DNA from: Blastocystis sp. Blastoise | Taxonomy: Eukaryota; Protista; Bigyra: Opalinata | Length of the DNA stretch: 64,000 nt | NCBI GenBank assembly: GCA_039096225.1 | Contig: JBBPEB010000032.1 | Location: 434,001 to 498,000 of the forward strand | Reading direction: 5' to 3' | Shown here: piece after piece, positions 20,330-41,200 of the stretch | Layout: each line of letters starts with the position of its first letter | Numbering within the stretch: position 1 is the stretch's first letter | Made by a program: the position numbers and the translations under genes | The notes under the pieces: generated by a model | What the model was told of the DNA's origin: nothing | The model's database searches: none | Seen by the model: the letters and a program-made list of their open reading frames with translations, nothing else

Positions 20330-20372
<43 letters not shown>

Positions 20373-21816
20373 AGTTGTTTTTGTTCCTATAGGTGCAGGA
20401 GTCGATTTAGGAAGAAGAAGAGGAGGAGGAGGAGGATGGGGTAATTGACGCGAAAGAAAAGGAGCTGAAATTGGCTGAGAGGAGTTGACTGGTTCTTGAT
20501 GAGAAAATGAAAAAACATTTATATCTATAGGAATACATATTATTTTAATACAAAATTATATATTTATAGAGTATTGTAGACGAATAAACTAATACTGTTT
20601 ATTATTTGTATATAATAAAATTAAAAATATAAATCAATAAAAATAATATTTAAAATTTAGAAATATATATTTAAATATACCTTGATTTGTACTATCTGGA
20701 GTATATATATTATTATTATTTGAACTTTTATCTATTGGTGATGGTGTAAATATATGATTATTATTATTAGATTGCTGAAGTTGAGGGACAGAATGAATAG
20801 TAGGATTAGAAGAAGTCGAACATGTCTATATAATATATAATATATAATATATAATATATAATATATAATATATAATATATAATATATAATATATAATAAA
20901 TATTATAGAATAAGAAGAAAAACTTAAAAATAATAATAATAATAAATAATAATAAATTAAAAAAAATAAATATATACAGATGTAATAGTATCATTATAAT
21001 CACTAATAATAGATCCATGATGAGTATCAATAAAACTGGAAGTTTGATTTTCTGATGGTTCCTTTGCAATACTATTATTCGACGACTTGTGAAATATACC
21101 CCAAAAAGAAGATTTTTTATTTGCCTACATATGTATATAATGAAAATGAATCATAATAATATATAAACTATTTGAAAGTCTTTGAAATATATAAATATTT
21201 AAATATATACCCCTTTTTCATCTATTTGTTTATCAACTTTTAATAAATTCTCTATCTATATATATAATAATAATAATAGAATAATTTAAATATAATATAA
21301 AAACTATCAAATATACATATATATATATACATGTTTATTAAATTTTTTTGAGTCAATTTTATTGGAAAAGAGAATTCCTACTTGAAATTGACCAACAGAA
21401 AGATAATGAAAATTGTTTTCTGTAGATTGATAATCACAATGAAAAGGTATTTCACATTCCCAAATAATAGAAGAGAATGACTAATAAAAGAAATAAACTA
21501 TAATAGAATCGAAAAAATGTTTAGAGAATATACAATTGAATCTAAGCTATACAATCGTAAGAGTCTTGTATCAAGTTGTCTATGTGTTAATAGCACTAAA
21601 TACCCTGTTAAATCAGAATCTATCCAATTTTTTGTGGATTCATTATTTAAAGAGGCTAATTATAAAGTAAACAATAGATTCTTTTGAAAAAATACATCTG
21701 TATGCGTTATTACTCATATTGTAGAAGAATAAATGTGCTATACCGCAAGATTCACATTTGATATCCAGAGATAAGACACTTTGAACCAATTTCTTATTAT
21801 ATTTTGGCTTACTCAT
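18634..21816 (-). CDS. WASP-family actin nucleation-promoting factor (WH1, Pro-rich, WH2x2, C, acidic)
   Basis: WH1: NWIDSDLTGYLVL..RLLRLYSL..WECEI..FHYL..VGILF. Poly-Pro tracts. WH2s: DLMKSIHSFDMKKLSKVET and RNDLLQSIRQFDKSKLKH. Acidic tail DNSDEEFSE*. Confidence 0.8.
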
Positions 21817-22492
21817 GCCTTAATTAATAGATTTACTTATATCTTAATGAAAAAAATGTCATTTTAAGTGAGAAAGTCAAGGAGAGATATACAAAAAATT
21901 GTGTTTTAAACGAAGGATCCTGATGAAGATTTTCTTCACTTTTTTTAAACATTTGTTATATTCCTATTATATAAGTGTATTCTTTTAAATCATTTGATGT
22001 ATGAAGGAGAATGTCGAGTATATTGAGAATACATCCAAAAGTACAATAATATAGAATCAGGATAATTAACTGTTAAAACAATAGATATTTATATATATTG
22101 TATCGAACAAAGCAAGTCATTAGAATAAATAAATACAAGAGCACAAAAAAAATAACAACAAAAAAAAATGAAAGAAGAAAAATGAATAGAAAGACCAAAA
22201 AAAAGTAAAAGTAAATAACAAATATTCATATAAATACAGATTACAGGATATAATTTAAATAGAAGACATATATATAAAGAATAAATAAATAAAAATAGAT
22301 ATTTAAAAAGAGTATATTAAGAAGCATAATGTGTAACTTATATATATATCAAGGGAATTCATATTTAAAACAAAATATGAAGTAAATAATACAATATAAT
22401 TATTGTTATAAATTATAAAGAATTCCAATAATAATTTTATAAAAATAATAATAGTTATATTGAATAGAATCATAATATATATATAAAATAAT

Positions 22493-25344
<2,852 letters not shown>

Positions 25345-26141
25345 TTCTGTTTATTAAAAGAAAACTATGCAAGTTATAAAGGAATACAATAAACACTTAC
25401 AAATAAAGAGAAATAAGTAGTTAACCTGTTTAGAATTAATTAAAAAACAACAACAAGAATTTTCGTCCACTTTTCCAGAATTATTAACTTTTTTATTATA
25501 CTACCTTCCACAAAAAATGTCCATTAAAAACCATCTCTTTCAAACCAATCTATTTGTTGATTGATTTGTTTTTCCCTTTTCTATTGGACGAACCAGTTCT
25601 CTTCTCGACGGGTTTTCGAACAAAAGAATTCTTATTATTTATATATTAATTTCCTTGGTTTTATCAAGTTAAGTGAACTCAAGTGTTGTTTTGTAGTAAA
25701 TAATACAATTTCCGCGGTATTTCTACAAATTGTCTTCGTTTTTTAAATATTTCTGGTTTCTGTGGCTTCTGTTATTCAGAATACAATCAATAAAAAGCTA
25801 TTTTTTTGAATATAATTCTTTATACTATTAATATCATTTTACTAATAGACAATAATGATCACTTTTTATGCACTAAAAACTATGTTATCGAATACTACAC
25901 TGTCGATGATGATTTCATTAATCTTCTTAATTTGTTATTTTCTTGTTTTGAATGTATTAATATTTAGAAGATTTATATGCATATCGAGATGAATAATAAA
26001 CAATTCTTAATGGAACAAGATTGACCAATAACTCTTTTTATATAAGAATTATATAGAATAAAGGAAATTAAAATAGAAAGATTATAAGCAACTAAGATAG
26101 GCAATAAATATATTTTATGAAAAGAATGAAAGAAAAAATAA

Positions 26142-30205
<4,064 letters not shown>

Positions 30206-30303
30206 AAAAAGTAACTATTACTTAATAACTTTATATTAATGAATAACTACGTTTAATAACAAAATAAAAATAGAAAAGAGAAGAAACATAAATAAGAAGA
30301 GCC

Positions 30304-30318
30304 AGAAAGTTCTGGAAA
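30304..30318. promoter_or_regulatory. Heat shock element (nGAAnnTTCnnGAAn)
   Basis: aGAAagTTCtgGAAa is a perfect 3-unit HSE, ~100 bp upstream of the Hsp78 ATG. Confidence 0.65.
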
Positions 30319-30864
30319 TATTTTCTTTAAAAAGAGTCGTTTTTATTGGTCGATATTATGGAATCAACTGCTTTAGAAGATTTGTTATTCTTTTTTTATC
30401 GAATTTTGGTTTTTATTCTTAGTTTCTAATTGTTTATTGGTTTGACCTACCTTGATGTATATGTTAGACGAATGAATATCTCAAATCAAGAAAAATAGAT
30501 GACATTTGGTATGTTTTTGATTTTGAGACGTTAATACTTTGATATATAATAGAAGAGACTGTTGTTCAGTTATATAATTAATTGATGTTATAATTTTTGT
30601 ATATATATAATAAATACACTGAGTTTGAAAAAATATTTTTTAATAAGAAAAATTATTGAATTCAAGAAGAAAAATGAGAAATTCTAGTTAGAAATAATTT
30701 ATAAATATAAATATTGATGAATATAACTAACAAACAAAAAGTATATGTATAAATCTCAAGTCTTGACCAAAAATAGTGAAAAATAAAGAAATAAAAAAAT
30801 AAAATGACTTTAATATATATATGTTAGAATGATAATACTAGATATGTATATATTTGTTTTTCTA

Positions 30865-32364
30865 TTATTCATTATGAACTTCAAAATCACGTGCATGATA
30901 GAAATCCGCAGAATAACTTCCAAAGAAGAAAATCATACTAAATACAAATATCCACTGGGATATACCACCTATATTATTTGTAACCATTTTCTATATATAT
31001 ATAATGATTTTTTAGTTATATTTGAATTATATATATATAATGGTTTTTTAGTTATATTTGAATTATATATATATAATGGTTTTTTAGTTATATTTGAATT
31101 ATATATATAACGTTTTTTTAGTTATATTTGAATTATATATATAATGCTTTTTTAGTTATATTTGAATTATAATATATAACAATATAAATTAGTCTATAAT
31201 TAAATGAATGTATATATTTAATAATAATTATTATTACTTATATATACTAAGTTTTATAAACAAAATGAATATATATATATATAAATATTAATAGAGTATA
31301 AATGAATAGATACATTATCACCAAAGAATTGTGATGCAGGATGAAGACCAATAGATAAGATAAAAGATAAAGCCATAAAGAATAAGGCCGTTGATTTTAT
31401 ATAACGAGAATAATGATAAAGAAGATTATTAGCTATATAATAATAATTATTATTATAGATATAGTAATAATAATTATTATATTTATAATAATAATAAAAT
31501 CAAATACGATTCTTCCAAAGAACGTGACAAACAAGATAACTATGAATAATTGCAAGTACAAATAATATTACAGCTGAACCCTATATATATATATATAATA
31601 TATAATATATATAGTATATAATATAATATAATATATATAATATATATAATATATATAATATTACTTGATGAATCATGCTTTGAGCATTAAGTAATCCCTT
31701 TCCATCTTGAACCTATAACATTATATATATATAATATACTATATATTATATATACAAAAAAATAATAAGTTATACAAAAAAATAATACAATATACTATAT
31801 ATATACATCAAATATATCACTTTGTAAGGGTAAAATAGCTTGAATAGCTAAGAAGAAAGGACAAAGAGCACCAAATACTTGAGCTACTCGTAAGAATCTA
31901 TTAAAAGGTGTAATTGTTGTCCTAAAATAAAATAATGATTAATAACATAATTTTAAAAATATGAAAAAGAACTATAAACAACATTAAAAAAAATAGCTGA
32001 TACAAACATAAAAACAATAATTAAATTCATACATATTTAACGGTTCGTAAGCATGTTTATAAACATAAAGAATAGCTATAAAATAGCAAATGCCACCTAC
32101 AGTAAATCCTAAGGCATAAACAGGTCTTTCAGGCATTTGAAATCCTAAAAAGGAAATAAAAGGGAAAATCCATCCATCAGGTATATGTCCATTAGAGAAT
32201 GCAACAGTCAAACAGATAATAAAAGTAAATGTACACAAGATAGAACCAATTAATGGTAAATAAACAATACACTTATTCAGATGTTCAGGTTTTTCAGGTA
32301 CTGAAGAATTTGTTTGTAAAGTGGAATTCTTTGTATCATTCAATCTATCAGTGTTTTCTGGCAT
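30865..32364 (-). CDS. Frag1/DRAM/Sfk1 (TMEM150) family membrane protein, 6 exons
   Basis: GHIP..FPFISFLG..PE..YALGF, IHQ..A, and C-terminal ISQWIFVFSMIFFFGSYSADF; about 6 TM segments. Confidence 0.8.
30992..31178. repeat. ~33-bp tandem minisatellite (about 5 copies) in the last DRAM intron
   Basis: Repeats of tatatatataatggttttttagttatatttgaat. Confidence 0.9.
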
Positions 32365-32637
32365 ATTTATAATAATTATTACACAAAAGTGATAGTGCTA
32401 TAAACTATAAAAACAATAAAGAAAACACATACAAATCTTTACTGTTTTCTGAATCTGAAATAAGTCATTTTAAGTCAATATCAATAATCTTGGGAATATT
32501 AAAAAAGAGGAAACAGGAATAATGTGTTTTTTTTATAGTTGTCCATTCATTTTTTGATGAATGAATCTCAAATATAATTGGATATTATAAAAGAATTATT
32601 CAATAAAATTGTTGTTTTTAATATGGTTCCACCTCGT

Positions 32638-32972
32638 CCAGGGGTCATCAGGCAGGACCTCTTTCAGCGGGAAATGGGGAAAAAAAGCGCAAAAAGAGCC
32701 AGTTTTTACAAAAAAACACTGAAGAATCAGTCAAAAAATAATTAAAAAACCACTAAAAAAAATAAAAAAACAAGTATAATTTTCTTAAAAACCGTCGGTA
32801 TTTTTTCAAAGACATTGTTTTTGAGCTTATCTTGACGTGCTACACAAAACCGAACTATTTTCAAGTGAAAAAAATAAATAATCAGAGAGAAAATGTAAAA
32901 TAATCGTTTAAGCGCAAAAACAGCATCAATAAGCGCACTTTGCGCTAAAAGCGCAGTTTTGGCACACCCTGG
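32638..32972. mobile_element. Non-autonomous DNA transposon (MITE, hAT-like termini)
   Basis: Flanking direct repeat ACCTCGT(C) at 32631 and 32973, termini CCAGGG...CCCTGG, and clustered subterminal AAGCGCA repeats at both ends. Confidence 0.8.
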
Positions 32973-33299
32973 ACCTCGTCACATAGATGATGACGCATCT
33001 CGTTGTCAAAAAATAGTCCAATCATATGAATCAAATAGAATCACAATACGAGGTGAGTAAGGTCATTTTTTGCATGAATGGAGCATCAATTCATACTCTA
33101 GAACAAAATAATATAAAAATGAATTTTAAAAACCATGAATATTTTAAATTAAATAGACATTTTACTCAAATAATCAATAAAATAGAATAATAAGGACAGG
33201 AAGAAAACATATAGAGACTATTAATTTCCCTATTTGATTGTTTTTGTATTTACTTTTATTTTGTTTGCTTAAAAAGAATTTATTTGTAGGTTGTTTACT

Positions 33300-34073
33300 A
33301 TGGCTCAATACATTCCTATCTTTGAAGATACTGCTTCTGTTAGTTTAATTATTTGGTTGTTTGTAGCTCTTGCAGTCGCACAATTCGTTACTATTTTTGC
33401 TTGTAGATATTTCAAATTATCCTCCAGAGCCAATACATTTATCATTACTTGTCTCTTTGGTATAGTATCTGGTGTTATTTATAATATCATGCTTCCTACT
33501 ACTCTTTTTATTGCTACTACTGCTGTCACTGAAGCCCATGAACATGAAAATGCTACTGAAGCTGTTGTCCGTGCTATTCTTACTCATGGAGATGATGACG
33601 ATGATATTGAATTTGGACCTTATTTCCGTATTCTTGGTGTTTCTATTTGTTGTGGATTTATGTTTATGTATTTCATTGATTATTTTGCTCAAGACTATAA
33701 TAAGAAAGTATTAGCTGCTGCTCCTCAACCAATCATCGATGTTGAAAGTTCTGTAACTAAACCTTTAGTTGCTCCTGAAGAACAAGAAGAAGAAGTTGGT
33801 CATCATCATTCTCATTCTGATGGTCCTGAAGAAAAAGCTTATTGTACAAAGAGTTTTGTATTACTTTTCTTAACATATTATATATCTACTGGTTTTGCTG
33901 TTGGTGCTGTTCTTTCTATTTCTATTCCTGAATCTATTCTTTATTTCTTATTTGGTTCTCTTTATTGCATCTCTCTTCCTATTTGTTTTACTTTCGGTAA
34001 ACACTTAGAAACTACTTCATTCACTATTCAAAAAAGTATATTATTTGTTTTTATTTTTTATATTTTTTTATTA

Positions 34074-34119
<46 letters not shown>

Positions 34120-34442
34120 ATATTCATAACATTTTTTTTTTTAACAAAAAAAAATTAAATATTTTAACTATGTCTATTTTTATAGAGATGATTTTAATTA
34201 CTCTTATGAGTATCTTTACTTCTATATTCTCTCTTCTTTTCTGGGGCATGTGGTACCTTTTAATTCCTTACACTACCGCTTTCGTTAACTCTTTAGGATA
34301 TACCTTCTTATGTGGTATGACCATATATATATTATTAGGATTCTATTTACAAAAAGTACATATTGAATCTGAAATGTTACTTTCTTTTGTTGCTGCTGCT
34401 TTTATGGCTGTATCTTATCCTGTTTTCTTATTACAACATTAA
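33300..34442 (+). CDS. ZIP-like metal transporter (multi-TM with His-rich loop); one in-frame intron 34036-34185
   Basis: About 8 TM segments, MLP after TM2, GFMFMYFID then HHHSHSD loop. TM4 metal ligands look degenerate. Confidence 0.65.
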
Positions 34443-35255
34443 ATATAAAATAAAAGAATTATTTTTATTAATATATTTTTTGTATTTATTGTTTTATTTT
34501 ATTTTTTTTTGGTTTGGTAATTATATGTATTGATATTATCAATTTACTATTTTTTTGATTATACTCATAAAATAGTTATTTAATGTTATATTTATATTAT
34601 TTGTTGATCTTTTTTATAGTTTGAATATTTTTGTTTTTATTTTATAAATAATAATATCGTTTGTCATTTCTACTTGAAATCATTTTAGTTGTACACAGAT
34701 AATTTACTCAATGTTCTCAATAAAAAAAAACATATTTCAATTTTAAAAACATATAAACTAAACAATATTCTTGGAGAAAATGAAAGCTTAAGGATGATAA
34801 TTTTATATAAAAAATTTTATCTAACGGAATTATAAATAGACAAAAAAAAGATGGAGATGTAATATAATTTTTGTAAAATATATAAATATAAAACATTATA
34901 AATATTAACGTAAAATAAAAAGAAACTAAGATGATCAAACGAAATAGACTTAATATATAATGACATTTCAGACTTTAAAATTAAAAGAAAAATATACTAT
35001 ATACAAATATAAACTAGAGACAAAAAAGAAAATGAATTAAAAAAATATAGATATTAAAAAACATATACATATTACATATATATTCTTTTAAAATTTATTT
35101 TAAAAAACAAATAACAACAATAATAAGAATAAAATAAAAATTAATATATATCTTATTATTTCTATAAATTATATTTATAATATACATATATAAACAAATT
35201 ATAAATAAACACAAATATATACATATATTTATATATAAATTATATTATTATTTAT

Positions 35256-38200
35256 TTAATTAAAAAGTTGTCTAAGAACGACATTACTAGAAATATCTTT
35301 ACCACACCAACATTCACATTTAGTTTCTGTTGTAAAACATTCACAATTATTATCAATATATTTAGATATATATTCACCACCACATTCATATTCATCATAA
35401 TCAAATGTTAAATTACTTATCGCAGGGAATACATTATTACCTTCATTATCTTGTATAGCATTAGCCTTTAAACTTAAAGTATATTTATTACCTGGAATTA
35501 ATTTGGTTGATTTTATAGTAATAATATTCTTATTAAGTATAATATTACCTAATGTAATATCAACTTCAGCAGAATAAGTAATCTTATTATTCTTTGTATC
35601 TGTAAAAGTAAATATAGCATCTTTAGTAATAGACATTAATTTATTAAATGTTAATATAATATCGGTAAATGCAGGTACATGTTCATTAATATTAGGATAT
35701 ACAGAAATTAAAGCTGGTAATTCAGTAGAAGAACCAGTAGTAAATATATATTCTGTTTCTGGCATACAATAATTACCTTTAGAACAAATAGTATTAGCAC
35801 CAAATATAATTCTTACATTAGCATTAGCAGGATATACAATTTCAGGTTTTAATATTAATACATTTTCATTAATAGTAATAAATGAAGTAGAGGTAATTAA
35901 TGTATCAATAAAAGTAGCACCATTGACAATAACAGATAATTTACCATTATTTAATATAATATTATCTTTATAAGTAATATATAAACCAGCACTTAAAGAT
36001 TCAGTTAAACCTTCTTTAGGAGATATATTTAAGACAATAGGAATAGTAATAGAACTAGTATCTTTTGTAGTCATAAAATATATATTAGAAGATTTAGTTA
36101 ATTGTTCTAAAGGAGTAAACATAACAGCATCAATAAATACACCTGTATTAGAAGTAGTTAAATAATATTTAGTATTTGATTGAAGAGGTAATTTAGGAAT
36201 AATAGTAACTATATTCTTATTAATATGAATATATTGACTAGTAACATCAATAGATTGAATTAATTCATTATTATATTTATATATATTAACAGTTCCTTTA
36301 TAAGCAATAACAGGCATTTCAAATGTAAATATAAGTTCAGGTACTAATTCTTTACTTAAATCAACTGAATTAAATGATTTTATAAGATTAGGATAATAAA
36401 TGGATTTAGTAGAAATAGTTTCAATAATATTAACGGTATTATCTACTAAACGTCTTGAAGATAATATAGAATTATAACGAAGATAATTTGTAGATAAAGG
36501 TGTTAATACACATTTTATACCATATTCGGTATTAGGAAGTAAATTATTAATAATAATAATATTTTCAGAATCATTAGGATAAATATATTGTATAAAACCA
36601 TTTTCACGAACATAAGTCTTAGAATAATCATTAATAGTATCAGGATAAGTAGCAATACAAGCAACTTGAGAAGGAACGGTAACATCAGCTATTACTTTAA
36701 TAAAATAAGCTTCAGAAACAGTAGTTAAAGAAATTAAACGAGGTTCAACAAATTGTTCAGTATTAATAGTCATAGAATCAATAGGATATGAAGGATAAGA
36801 AGAACTATCAAAACCATTACATAATATAGAATAAGTAGAAGAAGCAATAAGATTTGTAAATATATATTCAGAATATTTAATAGTATCAAAACTAAGACTA
36901 TCTACTAAAATAGAATCTTTACTTAATTTACAAGTACCAGTAACAGCCATATCAGAAGTAATATGTAAATTAATAAAAGTATCACCAGCAATAGGATTAA
37001 CAGTCAAACGAGCAGCACCAACATAGAATGATTGAACAGTAGGAGTAGAAGATACTATTTCACCATTAATTAAACTATTTGCTTGAATTAATATATAACG
37101 TGGTTTATTATCCATATCTTGTATAGTAAGCATAGTTTCATCATTAGGTAAAGTAACATTACTCCAAATCATAATATTTTCTTCAATATTAATAATACGA
37201 GCATAATTAACATAATAACTAACAATACTACTATATCTAGTAGCAGGTTTATTCCATGAAATAATAGTTTCTTTATAATTCATTCTATTAATAGTAAGAG
37301 ATTCTATAGGTAAAGGAGCAGAAGGAATAACATCCATAGGTCCTTCAAGAGTAGAAGGTAAAGATTGATTATCATTCATAACAGTAGCATATAATATAAA
37401 TGTTTTCTTTGTAAGAGATTTATAATTATTTATAATACAAGTAGAACTTTCAGTATTACAAATAATATTATCATTATTATATATTACATAATTAACAGTT
37501 TCAATAGAATTAATAGTATTCCAACATAATTCAATATCATAATCAGTATCTTCAGCTTCTTTATGATTAATCTTATTACAAATCTTAAATCCAGAAGGAG
37601 TCATAGGTATACCCATAACAGTATTAAATACAAAAGTATTAGAAGGTAAAGACATACCTTTCTTACATTCAACATAGAAAACAAGAGAATATTCAGTATT
37701 AGGTATTAAATCAGATAAAGTTATAATACCATAAGATTCACTTGTTTCATAAATAAAATGATTTGTAGTTGTAGGAGGATATATATATACATGTAAATAA
37801 GTCATCTTTAACATAGGATCATATTTATATTGTTCAATACCACTATAACTAACTTGAATAGAAATACCTTGATTATTTTCAAAAGTAACATGAGTAGGAG
37901 GAGTAGGTATATCATAAGGAGTAGTAAGTATACAATCAGTACATGTAGTTAAATCTATTAAATCAGCATTATTATGAGATATATCACAAAAAGCATTTTC
38001 ATTATAATTAATCTTATATTCTGTAGCACCAGCTAATATAGGATATATATCAACACGAGAAGCAGTAAAATGAACATTTTCATTATTAGTATCAATTTCA
38101 TAAGTAGTAAGACCTTCAGTAGTAGGTATAAATTGAATCTTACCACCACAACTAAATATACTCTTACTAAAAGAGAAACTAACTTTATTATTTTGTTCAG

Positions 38201-41200
38201 GATAATAATATATCTTTAATAATTTAGGAGTAGTATTATCATTACGTATAACAAAATCAGATTCATCATTCCAATTATTATATTCATCAACTATTTGATT
38301 AGCAGCAAATACTATACGAGCATATTGAAGAGATGTTTCTAATAAATCAATCTTAAATATCATCTGGTGATTATCTATATATTCTAAACTATTTGATACT
38401 ATTCTACAATTATCATATTTTATATAATCAATAGATATATCAGAACCTTTTGAAATAGAAACAGTAATAGGTACATTAAATGTAGAATCACCATATTTCC
38501 AATCAGATTCAATAGTAACAATAGGTTTAATTATACTCATATCAACTATAACTTTAGATTCATCATAATTCTTTATATCAAATAAATTTTCTAAAGTATC
38601 TTCACGAACTACTATAGTATATACTTTTTCTTGTTCAGAAGAAATAAAACTACAAACACAAGTATTTGTATTACTACAAATACTTTCAACATTATCTACT
38701 AATAATAATCCTTCTTGTAATAAAAGACTACAATCAATAGTTTTTAAATTTTCATTACTATTAACAATAACATCAAATCGTTGAGTATTAATCTTACCTT
38801 CAGGATTAGTAGTAAGAGTAATCACAGGAGGTAAATTAGTAGTAAATTCTTTTGTTGTAGTTTCAAGAGTAGAACCATAAATATCTTCTATAGTATTCTT
38901 TAAAGTTATAGTATTAACACAACTACCAACACAATCCAAAGTAGCATGAATAAAATATATTTGATTATTATTAGTAGTTATATTAATAGAAGAAGAAGGT
39001 GTAACATCAATCATATCTAAAGTAACTGATTCTACATTATTATTAAATATAACTACATAATTCATTTCATTAGGTAAAATAAATGAAGAACTATCATCAA
39101 TAACAGCAGTTAAAGCATCACCATTATAAGTAATGATATCACCTAATGTTTCTTTATTATTATTCTTAGATAAATCATGTATCATTTGAGCTTTTAATTT
39201 ATATTGAAGCTCATGAATACCAGTAACTTCACAAGCATTAAAATTAAGTATATAATCAAAACTAGTTTTATCATTATCAGTAATAATAGTAGGTTCAGAA
39301 ATAACTACACAAGAACCAAATTCACTTACTAATTCAAGAGAAGAAGAAGTTAAAGTTCCTTCAATAGGTTCATCAAAAGAAACAAGATAATGAACAATAG
39401 GAGAAGTAGCATATTTACTAATATATACACGATCTGGTACCATAGATACTACAGGAGGAATATTATCAATAAGAATAGAACAAGTTTTAGTAATACAAGT
39501 ATTATCAGCTGTATCTTTACAATTATAAGGATTCATAGCTATAGATAATGTAGCAGTAAATTCAGAATTACTTGACATAGACATAGGTTTAATATTAAAT
39601 TCAATTTGTTTATCATTACTAGAAATAATAGAAACAGAATCAGGTGTAGTCGTAGCTTCACCACTAAATATATTAAATATAAATGTATTTTCATTAAGTG
39701 ATTTCAAAGCTTCAGTAAATGAAATAGTAACTGAAACATCTTCATTCTTATAATAATCTTTATTAAATTGACAACTAGCAATAGGACTAACATTATCAAA
39801 AGTATGTTGAATAATAAAATCATGTTCTAAAGTAGAACTATCTGAACCATAAATACTATTAGGTTTAAAGGTAATAGTATAAGAACCTTGACTTGTAGAA
39901 ATAGTCTTAAAAGTAAGAATAGTATCTTGAATAGAATAATTACTATCACAAACAACACTACCTGTACAAACAACATTACTAATATCTAATTTCCATAATT
40001 TACGATCCATAGTAATATCAATACTATTTGTATTAACAGTAATAACAGAAGCAGCAGGAGATTGACTAATAACAGATAAATATTGAGATTCACTTCTATT
40101 AAAAGTAATACTAGAATCTGTATTACTATTCTTATAATTATCAACAACAGAATTACTTGGTAACATAACAGTAATAGCAGTATTAGTTCCAATAAATATA
40201 CCTTGACCACATTCTATAGTATAACTTAAAGAATTATATACAACAGGAGAAGTAGTAGTACAAATTAATTGAGTATTATCTGATAATTTTACTTGATATT
40301 TATTAACAAGAGAATAAGTAGTATCAACTCTACTTACAGGTCTATCAAATACAGTAGTAATAGAAATAGGTAAACTAATAAAAGTATTACCACCATGAAT
40401 ATTAAAAGTCATAGTAGGTTTTTGATTATAAATATTAATAGTTATATCTACAGTAGAAGATAATATATGAGAACCATTATCAATATAAGAAGAAGAAGTT
40501 AAATAAAGATGACCAGTAAATTGACCTTCCTTAGATAAAGCAACTACATTAAAACTTAATGTCTTTTCAACCATACTAATAAAAGTAACAGTAATATATT
40601 CAGATAAACCAGTAGATAAAGTATAACTATCTTCAAAATTACCAACTAAATTTATATTTTTATTAAAGATAACAGATACTATTTGAGATTTAGGTGAAGA
40701 TTCATCTGAATAATTTGATATAGAAATACTTTGTAAAGGTTTAGTAGCAACAGGAGTAACAGTATCATAAGTAATAGTATAAGGAGTAGTAGTTTCACTA
40801 GTAACAATATTACCATATTCATCATTAAAATTAATAATACTAATAGTATATTGATTTTCACTATTAAATTGAATAGTAAGACGAGCAACACCATCAGATT
40901 CAGGAACAACAGAAAGAACAGTAGTACCAGAAGGAGTAATATATATATTATCATTAGTGAGTGTTAAATAATTAGGATAATGAATAAGAATATTATTATA
41001 AGTATTTGTATCAACATAAGCATCATTAATAATAATAGAATAAGTTAATGATTGTACTTTATAATCAATATCAAATCTTTGTAAAGAACTTAATCTACCA
41101 ACAACATCAATTAAGAAACCAGGAGCAATTTCATAATGAATACTACATTCAGTTTCTTGAGTATTAATAGTATAATGTAATAATAATGATTCATTATCTA

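Noticed and set aside
30992-31178. Regular ~33-bp repeats as a CRISPR array
   Set aside because: No unique spacers, eukaryotic intron context, and no cas genes.
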